Origin: Thermoproteota archaeon
Lineage (GTDB): Archaea; Thermoproteota; Nitrososphaeria; Nitrososphaerales; UBA57
Length of the DNA stretch: 64,000 nt
Reading direction: 5' to 3'
Assembly (NCBI GenBank): GCA_036422215.1
Contig: JAYZAG010000008.1
Coordinates: 2,842-66,841, forward strand
Shown: piece by piece, positions 56,540 to 64,000 of the stretch
Layout: every line of letters starts with the position of its first letter
How positions within the stretch are numbered: position 1 is the first letter of the stretch
Translations under genes and position numbers: made by a program
Notes under the pieces: model-generated
What the model saw: the letters and a program-made list of their open reading frames with translations, nothing else
Databases searched by the model: none
Told to the model about the DNA's origin: nothing

Positions 56540-57772
56540 TTAGATATTAATTTTCTTTTTATCTGAATGTTCGTCACTTGCCATACTTCGCAGTATTATT
56601 GGACTTATTATTGTACTAGCCATTATTACTGCCATTAAAACCGCATAGGCTTGACCATCAATCATCCCTACTCCATAACCAACTCCTGCTACAACAATTC
56701 CCACTTCTCCTCTTGATGCCATTCCAACTCCTACTCTTTGGGCCTTCAATCTATCTTTGAAAAACACGAATGCAGGGATTCCACATCCGATAATTTTTCC
56801 TACCATTGCCAATAAGAAAATTATTCCAAACGCGAATAAATCAATTCCAATTATTTCTACAATATTTATCTGCGCTCCCACATATGCGAAGAATATTGGA
56901 GCAAAAAATATTGAAATTTTGCTTGTAAATTCTTCTATTTCATGTTTGAATTTTGATCCTGCAATTGCCATTCCTGCCGCAAATGTTCCTACTATTGGCG
57001 ACAAATCTAGATAATATGCAAATCCTCCCCAAATCAATATGATAACAATTGTTAGTGTTTCTATTGTTCCTGGAACCTTAATTTTTGAATTCACCATATC
57101 CAATAATTTTGGTAACAAGTACACTGATCCTATTAACAATGCCACCCACAGACCAACTGTAATTACAGTTGTTGATATTATATTACTCGTATTTGGAACT
57201 ATTCCAGTTCTTCCAAAGGCTAATACGACTCCTAAAACTGTTAACCCTAAAACGTCATCTACTACAGCTGCATATACCATTACTTCCGACTCTTTATTTT
57301 TCAATTGATTAAGTTCTTCTAATGTTCTGATTGTAATAGCTATACTCGTTGCCGTTAGTGCAGCTCCTATTAACATTGATTGCAGAGATTCGAATCCTAC
57401 ATATAAACTTCCATAATACCCTAAAATAAATGGAAATACCACTCCAGCTGTTCCTATCACAAATGCAGGAGCGCCCGCTTTTCTAAATTTTCTGAATGTA
57501 AATTCAAGACCTGCAGAAAACAAAATTATCATTCCTCCTATTTCAAATAATGTTTCAAACACAGGATTATGTCCAATTGGTCCATCAAAAATATGTTCTC
57601 CTCCCAATGAAATCAGTCCACCTATTGCATATGGCCCGAATATTAACCCTGCACATATTTCACCTACTACTTCAGGCAAATTCATTCTTCTAAAAACAAT
57701 TGCTAATATTTTTGCTGTAAGTATTAGCATACCTATTGCTAATATTGTTGTAATGGGACTAAATTCAGACAT
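56540..57772 (-). CDS. cation:proton antiporter (CPA2, Kef/NapA-like), membrane domain only
   Basis: 410 aa with about 12 TM segments. N-terminus reads LPEVVGEICAGLIFGP. Confidence 0.8.
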   Translation of the reverse strand: MSEFSPITTILAIGMLILTAKILAIVFRRMNLPEVVGEICAGLIFGPYAIGGLISLGGEHIFDGPIGHNPVFETLFEIGGMIILFSAGLEFTFRKFRKAGAPAFVIGTAGVVFPFILGYYGSLYVGFESLQSMLIGAALTATSIAITIRTLEELNQLKNKESEVMVYAAVVDDVLGLTVLGVVLAFGRTGIVPNTSNIISTTVITVGLWVALLIGSVYLLPKLLDMVNSKIKVPGTIETLTIVIILIWGGFAYYLDLSPIVGTFAAGMAIAGSKFKHEIEEFTSKISIFFAPIFFAYVGAQINIVEIIGIDLFAFGIIFLLAMVGKIIGCGIPAFVFFKDRLKAQRVGVGMASRGEVGIVVAGVGYGVGMIDGQAYAVLMAVIMASTIISPIILRSMASDEHSDKKKINI

Positions 57773-57796
57773 TTTTACACAATTTTACGTTTTAAC

Positions 57797-58480
57797 CTAA
57801 TTTAATCTTTGGTCTTCTACCTTTCCATCTCTTATTGCTATTATTCTGTCAGCTTGTTTTGCGATATCTAAATCATGTGTAATTATTACTAATGTGGTTT
57901 TTGTCTTTTTGTTTAGTTCTCTTAGTAACTTTGTTATATCACTTGTTGTTTTTGTATCTAGATTGCCTGTAGGCTCATCTCCGAATATTATTGCTGGCCT
58001 ATTTGCCAATGATCTAGCAATTGCAACTCTCTGCTGTTCCCCTCCACTCATCTGATACGGTTTATTACTCCATCTTTTTTCTAATCCAACCATTTTCAGT
58101 AATTCATATGCCCTTTTTCTTTTGTCACTTTCTCGCCCCAATATTATCATTGGTAATTCTACATTTTCAATTGCTGTTAATCTCTGTACTAAATTAAATG
58201 ATTGAAATATAAAACCAACTTTTTGATTTCTTAGCGCAGCAAGTTGGTTTGTATTTAGCTTAGTCATTTCTATTCCATCTATGAATACACTACCTTCTGA
58301 AGGTAAATCTAGTGCACCTATTATGTTTAGCAATGTTGATTTTCCACTTCCTGATGGTCCTATTATTACCACAAATTCACCTTTTTCTATCTTAATATCT
58401 ACTCCATCTAGTGCTTTTGTGATTACACCATGTGAATTGTATATTTTTCTTAACTTTTTTGTTTCTACTGCTGGTTTCAA
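57797..58480 (-). CDS. ABC transporter ATP-binding protein (MacB/LolD-type)
   Basis: GPSGSGKST (Walker A), MSGGEQQRVAIARSL (signature) and IIFGDEPTGNLD (Walker B). Confidence 0.92.
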   Translation of the reverse strand: MKPAVETKKLRKIYNSHGVITKALDGVDIKIEKGEFVVIIGPSGSGKSTLLNIIGALDLPSEGSVFIDGIEMTKLNTNQLAALRNQKVGFIFQSFNLVQRLTAIENVELPMIILGRESDKRKRAYELLKMVGLEKRWSNKPYQMSGGEQQRVAIARSLANRPAIIFGDEPTGNLDTKTTSDITKLLRELNKKTKTTLVIITHDLDIAKQADRIIAIRDGKVEDQRLN

Positions 58481-58486
58481 ATTGTA

Positions 58487-61210
58487 TCAGAATGGATTTT
58501 TATTTTTACGTCTATTTCTTATAAATATAATTAATAATAATAAGAATCCAACTACTCCAGCAACTACTTCGGTTGGAATATTATTTATAGGATTGTTTGA
58601 AGATTCTTCATTTTCTTCATTATTTGTTTCCTCAATATTCTGATAAGATCTTTCTTTAACTATTAATCCTAGTTCTTCAGTATTTCTAAAAACATTTCCA
58701 TATTCATCTTCGAATTTTATTTCTATTGCAATTTGCATTATTCCTTCTTTAGCTTCATCTGTTAATCCAAATTTCAGACTAAATGGAATCGGTGTGTCTG
58801 GATCTAACTCTCCTATGTATTGATAACTTTCTTCTGAGGTGGAGATAAATTCTGAAGATATAATTCTAATTTCACTAAATATTCCCTCTGTATCTCCTTT
58901 ATTCAATAGACTTCCTGAAAATGTGCTATTCCTACCAATTGATATTACTTGAGGACTCAATGAAGGTTCTTGTGTTATTACGTTGATGTTTCCTCTTACT
59001 GAGAAACTAACTTGCTGTGTTTCTTTATGCGGATATCCTTTTGAATCTGTGTATGACAGACTTATTTGCACAGGATAAGATTGGTCCTTTGAATCTAATG
59101 TTGCAAATATTTGAGGATATATTGTCGCTGACTCTAGCTGATTTAACTCATTAATCTTCCAATCTGAATCTCCTGAATTCGAGAAAATAGGTGAAGATCC
59201 TTGCTGATTTGATGGAAATACTAGGTCTACGTTAATATTTTTCATTTTTTCATCTCCGTTGTTAAAGATTAAAATTTCTTTTTCTGTAACCTTTCCTGAA
59301 TACAGTAAATTATCACTCAAACTAACGTCAAACGGAGACTCCCATTCTTTTATAATGAATACTAGGTTGGTGTTTGTTACTTTGATTAAACCATTTGTAT
59401 TCCTGTATTCAACTGAAATCGATATTTCAGATAATCCTTCTATCGCATTAGATGATATGTAGATTGGATATTCAATTCTTATATTTTCATTTGGATCGAT
59501 TTTTGTAATATGTCTCTTTGTATTGCCATCCACTATTGAAAGTTTTGCGGCACCAACTGGCGTTGTTAACATTTCTATGTTTACTTTATGCATTGGAGCT
59601 GTACCTGTGTTTTTTATTTCTAATATTACATTATTTTCGGTTCCTGAAATTAATAAATTATTAATTAAGTTTATTTCTGTTTTACTTTTTCCTTCTATAT
59701 CTACTGTGAATTCCACTTCTTGATTTTGTAATATTGAATCTTTATCTAAATATGAAAAAATAATTTTTATTTTATAATTCCCTATTTGTGCGTTCTGATC
59801 AATATTTAATAGAAATTCTGAAGTTGCTGTTGCACCTGATAAAATAGATTGTCCGAAAAATGTTGAACTACTTTTTCCATTTGTATTACCTGAAAATGGA
59901 TTTTCTAAAACTAATGTACCTTGAACTCCTGATATTGGCCCTGTATTTCTGTTTTGAATAGTAACACTTAATCTCACTTTGTTGTCTCCGGGTTCTACAC
60001 TTATTTCATCATTTGTTTTTCCCCAAAAACTATTCACTACTTCTATTCCTTTACCTTCTAGTTTATTGATCTTTATATCTAATGTTCTAGTTTCAGTCTG
60101 TTGTGTTCCTAATGAGTTAGAGAATGTCAACTGTCCAGATATTTGTACTGTTTTACCTGCTTCCGAAAGTGGGACATATATCTGAGTGTTCAAAGTAATT
60201 TCGTTATTTGGTGCAATAGAACTTAATGACCATTTGTTATCTGAACCAATTAATATTAACGGTGTAGGAATATTCAATACAAAATCTATTGTTCCTGTTT
60301 TTGCAGTACCCTCATTCTTTATAGTGAAAGTAATGTCATTATATTCATCTGGAACTAGATCTTGCTTATCGATCGAAAGTTTTACAAAGTTTCTACCTGT
60401 TACTGTGAAATGTATTTCGGTTACTACCGGAATGCCTCTTGCTTTATCTTCTGATTTTTTGAATTCAATTGTTAATGGTAGATTCTGTTTTGTTAATGGT
60501 GAATCTTCATCTATGTTGATTAAGAAATTAAAACTAATTGTCTCTCCTGATTTTATTGTACTTGATTTAATGTCATATAATCTTGAACCACCTGTTCTAT
60601 TTGTAAAGTATTCATTCAAAGTAATCTCTAATGACAAGTCATTTACATCGAACCCTCCTCCATTTCTTAATATTATGTTGAAATTAGCACCTAAATCTCC
60701 TGGCGCTACTTCTTTGGGACTAGCTTCTGTTCCCCATCCTTCGAATAAAATCTCAAATTCTGTAACAAACACATCTAGTTCATATTGTCCAGTCCCTGAG
60801 TATTTGCTTCCAACCAATTTCAAATAATGATATCCTGTTTCTGTTGCTGTATATTTTATTTCTTCATCTATTCCAGTATTTTCATTATTTGATGATTTTA
60901 GTAGGTTACTTGAATCACTAGAAGCATCTGTTTTCTTTGGATCATATAGGAATATATCTATATTAGTTCCCTCAGGTACGTCGAGCGAAATTGATAATAA
61001 TTGATCTTCGACTAGGTTTATTTTATAAAATTCGTTTTCAGCAGTATTCCAGGTACTAGTAATTTTTCCCGATGTTATTTCTACTGCATTTTCGAAATTG
61101 CTTCCGCCTTGCCCAAATGCTAAAGTAGGTAAAAATAACATATTTGTTATCAGAAATAAAAGAAAATATTTGGATAATCTATAATCTCTACTTTTGTCTT
61201 TGTTCGGCAT
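58487..61210 (-). CDS. large surface protein with N-terminal signal, PPC-like domain, repeated beta-sandwich (CARDB / COG1361 S-layer-like) modules and C-terminal TM anchor
   Basis: Signal LFLPTLAFG. ...NEFYKINLVEDQLLSISLDVPEGTNIDIFLYDP resembles a pre-peptidase C-terminal domain. Reiterated ...N.G.....V.... segments follow. The C-terminus is VVAGVVGFLLLLIIFIRNRRKNK. Domain families are inferred by eye. Confidence 0.65.
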   Translation of the reverse strand: MPNKDKSRDYRLSKYFLLFLITNMLFLPTLAFGQGGSNFENAVEITSGKITSTWNTAENEFYKINLVEDQLLSISLDVPEGTNIDIFLYDPKKTDASSDSSNLLKSSNNENTGIDEEIKYTATETGYHYLKLVGSKYSGTGQYELDVFVTEFEILFEGWGTEASPKEVAPGDLGANFNIILRNGGGFDVNDLSLEITLNEYFTNRTGGSRLYDIKSSTIKSGETISFNFLINIDEDSPLTKQNLPLTIEFKKSEDKARGIPVVTEIHFTVTGRNFVKLSIDKQDLVPDEYNDITFTIKNEGTAKTGTIDFVLNIPTPLILIGSDNKWSLSSIAPNNEITLNTQIYVPLSEAGKTVQISGQLTFSNSLGTQQTETRTLDIKINKLEGKGIEVVNSFWGKTNDEISVEPGDNKVRLSVTIQNRNTGPISGVQGTLVLENPFSGNTNGKSSSTFFGQSILSGATATSEFLLNIDQNAQIGNYKIKIIFSYLDKDSILQNQEVEFTVDIEGKSKTEINLINNLLISGTENNVILEIKNTGTAPMHKVNIEMLTTPVGAAKLSIVDGNTKRHITKIDPNENIRIEYPIYISSNAIEGLSEISISVEYRNTNGLIKVTNTNLVFIIKEWESPFDVSLSDNLLYSGKVTEKEILIFNNGDEKMKNINVDLVFPSNQQGSSPIFSNSGDSDWKINELNQLESATIYPQIFATLDSKDQSYPVQISLSYTDSKGYPHKETQQVSFSVRGNINVITQEPSLSPQVISIGRNSTFSGSLLNKGDTEGIFSEIRIISSEFISTSEESYQYIGELDPDTPIPFSLKFGLTDEAKEGIMQIAIEIKFEDEYGNVFRNTEELGLIVKERSYQNIEETNNEENEESSNNPINNIPTEVVAGVVGFLLLLIIFIRNRRKNKNPF

Positions 61211-61376
61211 GTGTACTATTTCCTTGTTATTAACTAATTATTGAGATATAATAACATTTTCTTGATTTTCATAATCATGCTTCTACACTCAAATTTTTAA
61301 TATTGTTGATACATTATTACAAAAGTCACACAAACAAAACACGTAATAACAAGTTACTTTATAGACATATCTATCA

Positions 61377-61655
61377 ATGGCAAGACATCATGGTTATAGA
61401 ACGAAAACTCGTTCTGTTTTATCAGGTAAAAAGCGAGCAGGAATATCTAATTTTCTCATTGACTATAAAGTAGGAGATAAAGTTGTTATAGATATAGAAC
61501 CTTCCCAAGTTAAAGGAATGCCTCATCGAAGATTTCAAGGCTTAGTTGGTCAGATTTCTGAAGTGATGAACCGTTCTGTAGAAATAGAGCTCGTAGTAGG
61601 AAAAAAACTAAAAAAGATCAAAGCCAGACTTGAACATATTAAACCTCAGATTTGA
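61377..61655 (+). CDS. rpl21e: 50S ribosomal protein eL21
   Basis: HGYRTKTRS...GDKVVIDIEPS...GMPHRRFQG.VG. Confidence 0.9.
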   Translation: MARHHGYRTKTRSVLSGKKRAGISNFLIDYKVGDKVVIDIEPSQVKGMPHRRFQGLVGQISEVMNRSVEIELVVGKKLKKIKARLEHIKPQI

Positions 61656-61661
61656 ATTAAC

Positions 61662-61988
61662 ATGAAAGAATTAAGTCGAAAACCAATAAGTGCAGGAGAA
61701 GTTAAAGAAATTCTAAAAAAATTAGATGAAGATTCTACAGATCAAATTCAAAGAAGAACACTTGAATATGTAAATAAATTTACAACTGCTAATCCAAAAA
61801 AAGTTAATAAAACTGTAACCAGTCTCATGAAAGTAGAAGAATTGACTCAAGAACAATGTTATGAACTTATTGACATAAATCCTCAAACAGTTCAAGAATT
61901 AAGGGTATTTACTAGTGGGTGGAAAAAACTTCTACCTAATGAAAAATTAGAAGAAATTCTTTCAATTACTGCAGCCAGTCGTGACTAA
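61662..61988 (+). CDS. rpo4: DNA-directed RNA polymerase subunit Rpo4 (RpoF)
   Basis: 108-aa helical protein in the conserved position after rpl21e. Contains the ISAGEVKEILKK...RTLEYVNKF pattern. Confidence 0.75.
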   Translation: MKELSRKPISAGEVKEILKKLDEDSTDQIQRRTLEYVNKFTTANPKKVNKTVTSLMKVEELTQEQCYELIDINPQTVQELRVFTSGWKKLLPNEKLEEILSITAASRD

Positions 61989-62138
61989 CATCGTCTTTTT
62001 AGACAACGTTTATAGCCTTTTTTAACGTAATCTCTATTGGTTGAATTATTGGGGGAATTGTATGTTTTTATTTTATTTATCTTATAATATCCTCTTTCTG
62101 AATTCTAAATAAATTTTTATTTCTCATAAATACGGTGA

Positions 62139-62708
62139 TTGATTATAAGTCATAAATTTACTAAAAAATATGAAGAACACGCATTTGTTTTAGACTTTAT
62201 ACAAAATGGAAAATCTTCAGTAATTAAGGGCAGAGGCGGTCCAATAATACAAGCTATTGGAAGTGATCATTTAACTATCCTTGAATTAATTGCAGTTCGC
62301 GGTGCAAATTTTGATATAGGTGAACAAATAGGAATAGGGAAAGAAGGACGTTCTAAAGTTCTAAGCGTTCTTGGTAAAATATCGTATGATAATCTCACAG
62401 AAGATTCAAAAAGTGATTTGAATTATGTTTTAGAAAAAATTGTTGCTAAAAATGAACTGAAATATGTTAATTGGTTGAATTATGGGGCTCAAGCCATCAC
62501 TCCTAGACATCACGCATTAGACATGATTCCTGGGGTAGGTAAAACCTTTATGACACAAATTATAACCCAGCGAGAAGATAAACCATTTGAAAGTTTTGAA
62601 GATTTAGAAAAAAGAGTAGGCCTTAGAGATCCTGGCAAATTAATTGCCAAAAAAATAACATCAGAAATTGCAGAAAACCCCAGAATGACCTTATTTCTCA
62701 ACAAATAG
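62139..62708 (+). CDS. DUF655-family predicted nucleic-acid-binding protein (OB + HhH)
   Basis: EEHAFVLDFIQNG, the C-terminal MIPGVGKTFMTQI helix-hairpin-helix, and the conserved archaeal position between rpo4 and ksgA. Confidence 0.7.
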   Translation: MIISHKFTKKYEEHAFVLDFIQNGKSSVIKGRGGPIIQAIGSDHLTILELIAVRGANFDIGEQIGIGKEGRSKVLSVLGKISYDNLTEDSKSDLNYVLEKIVAKNELKYVNWLNYGAQAITPRHHALDMIPGVGKTFMTQIITQREDKPFESFEDLEKRVGLRDPGKLIAKKITSEIAENPRMTLFLNK

Positions 62709-62756
62709 ATTTTATAGACTTAAATTTTAAATTGTACATTTATCATTATATCTATA

Positions 62757-63179
62757 TTGTCTAAAGTCGATCCAAATGAAAATATAAAAATTACACCAAA
62801 AAGAGACGTTTATTCTGAACTTTATAATATTATTGTAGGTTCAGGTAAAGATGGCATTTCCCAAAAAAAAGTATTAGGTGTTTCTAATCTAACAGTTGCA
62901 CAAATCTCTAAATTAGCTATTAAATTAGAAAAAAACCAATTTATATCTAGAGAAAAATCTCTCGAGAATGGTAGATGGACATATACTTTGAAGGCACTTA
63001 ACGTATTGAATCTTGGTCCATATGAATTTAATCCTTGTATGCGTTGTCCTCATGAAATTAAATGTATTTCAAATGGTGTTGTTACTCCTGAGGAATGTGC
63101 TTTAGAAGCTTATGACCAAGGTTTATCTAATTGGGTTTTATCGGAGTATAAAGCGCAAGTCTCTGTTAGTACAAAATAA
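62757..63179 (+). CDS. winged-helix protein with C-terminal 4-Cys motif (possible TFE-beta / RPC34-like)
   Basis: wHTH-like GISQKKVLGVSNLTVAQISKLAIKLEKNQFISRE, then PCMRCPHEIKC-x10-C...NW. The assignment is by pattern memory only. Confidence 0.45.
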   Translation: MSKVDPNENIKITPKRDVYSELYNIIVGSGKDGISQKKVLGVSNLTVAQISKLAIKLEKNQFISREKSLENGRWTYTLKALNVLNLGPYEFNPCMRCPHEIKCISNGVVTPEECALEAYDQGLSNWVLSEYKAQVSVSTK

Positions 63180-63197
63180 ATTTTACACTGATAAAAT

Positions 63198-63941
63198 ATG
63201 AGAAAAAATTTAGGACAGCACTTTCTAAATGACAATTACATTCTCACTAAAATATTGAATTATGCTGATATACAAGAAAATGAAATTGTTTATGAAATAG
63301 GAACAGGACATGGACAACTCACTTCTAAATTATGTGAAAAATCATCTAATGTAACTTCCTATGAGATTGATCCTGCCTTATATTCAATCTCATTGAAAAA
63401 TTTATCCGAGTTTAATAATCTCGAACTTGTTAATTCTGATGGTTTAACTTTTAGAAAAAAATTTGATGTGTTGGTTTCGAATTTACCTTATGAAATATCT
63501 AATGCATTTATTGAATGGTTAATAACGCGTAAATTTAACAGAGCAATAATAACCGTTCAAAAAGAATTTGCACAAAAACTCATTTCTTCACCTAATAACA
63601 AAAACTATCGTGCCGTGAGTGTTATATCTCAACTATGTTTTCAACTTAAAATTCTCGACGAAATACCTCCTGAAAAGTTTTCTCCTAAACCAAAGGTTCA
63701 TTCTGTAATATTACAAATTATTCCAAAAAACACTATAAGTAAACAAGATATTCAAATGATTAAGATCATTCTATCCTTTAAAGGAAAGACTCTTTCTTCC
63801 ACACTTCGACACATTGTTAAAAAAATGGAAATTGATCATAATGAATTCATGAAACATTTCCAATCAAATAAAAGAGTAAATGAGCTACGTCCTGATGAAA
63901 TATATGAAATTGTAAGAATGTTAAAATCATTAATGTCGTAA
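63198..63941 (+). CDS. rsmA: 16S rRNA (adenine-N6,N6)-dimethyltransferase KsgA/Dim1
   Basis: LGQHFL, VYEIGTGHGQLT, VSNLPYEIS and FSPKPKV. Confidence 0.9.
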   Translation: MRKNLGQHFLNDNYILTKILNYADIQENEIVYEIGTGHGQLTSKLCEKSSNVTSYEIDPALYSISLKNLSEFNNLELVNSDGLTFRKKFDVLVSNLPYEISNAFIEWLITRKFNRAIITVQKEFAQKLISSPNNKNYRAVSVISQLCFQLKILDEIPPEKFSPKPKVHSVILQIIPKNTISKQDIQMIKIILSFKGKTLSSTLRHIVKKMEIDHNEFMKHFQSNKRVNELRPDEIYEIVRMLKSLMS

Positions 63942-63949
63942 TATAATAT

Positions 63950-64000
63950 GTGAACATTTATCCTCCATCTGAAGATACTTATTTTTTGTCTGACTATGTG
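63950..64000 (+). CDS. 5' end of a HemK/Mtq2-like methyltransferase (truncated by window)
   Basis: GTG 63950 lies after an in-frame TAA. VNIYPPSEDTYFLSDYV resembles the VY.P.EDT.LL N-terminus of archaeal Mtq2-type enzymes. Only 17 codons are visible. Confidence 0.4.
   Translation, partial: MNIYPPSEDTYFLSDYV

Noticed and set aside
60186-60827. A 213-aa plus-strand ORF lies entirely inside the 907-aa minus-strand gene. Similar long antisense ORFs occur at 37995-38435, 39290-39700, 11510-11956, 14245-14673, 1290-1595 and 58281-58643.
   Set aside because: In this antisense frame the third codon positions coincide with those of the sense gene. Stops arise only where the sense strand has Tyr/His/Gln codons preceded by a pyrimidine-ending codon, so long open stretches are expected. 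The translations are low-complexity and have no motifs, while the sense genes have strong family signatures.
1-64000. I searched by eye for CRISPR arrays, transposases or integrases, prophage or toxin-antitoxin modules, and for tRNA-adjacent genomic islands (next to tRNA-Glu, tRNA-Trp and tRNA-Phe/Gly).
   Set aside because: I saw no regularly spaced direct repeats, no recombinase or transposase-like ORFs, and no duplicated tRNA 3' fragments. The genes flanking the tRNAs are ordinary chromosomal genes. The visual search is not exhaustive, so a repeat-finder should confirm.

Overview
This is a visibly AT-rich, densely coding archaeal chromosome segment. By inference from gene content it comes from a Nitrosopumilus-like thaumarchaeon (Nitrososphaerota). 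The supporting genes are a NuoABCDHIJK-M-L-M-N complex I operon with a second NuoM-like subunit and no NuoEFG, a blue-copper protein, a thiolase/DUF35/3-hydroxybutyryl-CoA dehydrogenase/crotonase string, eL21, eS19, Rpo4, Nep1, Rpp21, TFS, and intron-containing tRNAs. Most of the window is core housekeeping: glnA, map, trpS, pheST, carAB, idsA-like prenyl synthase, a 5S rRNA, and four tRNAs (Glu, Trp, Phe, Gly).

I saw no CRISPR array, no integrase or transposase, and no recognisable defence island. I cannot point to a convincing new multi-gene system. The observations most worth follow-up are:
- A roughly 114-nt zinc-ribbon module, about 76% nucleotide-identical by hand count to the N-terminal Zn-ribbon of the TFS gene, sits inside the C-terminal region of a 3-methyladenine DNA glycosylase gene 14.5 kb away.
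- Two otherwise intact housekeeping genes carry single in-frame stop codons and were missed or split by the ORF track. Archaeal PPAT has a TAG and a membrane-anchored cyclophilin has a TGA at a conserved Gly.
- A GC-rich, roughly 110-nt island of unknown RNA class lies in a 260-nt intergenic gap.
- tRNA-Trp has a 63-nt intron carrying a CUGA ... AUGAUGU box pair, and tRNA-Gly has an apparent 18-nt D-loop intron.
- A MacB/FtsX-type ABC system is split across two loci 16 kb apart, each beside a giant membrane-anchored surface protein.
- Smaller items include a tandem pair of TMEM65-like membrane proteins, a 1-Cys Prx-TusA-DsrE-like operon, and a TFE-beta/RPC34-like wHTH+4Cys gene inside the conserved eL21-Rpo4-DUF655-KsgA cluster.

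All functional calls come from reading motifs by eye. No database search was run.
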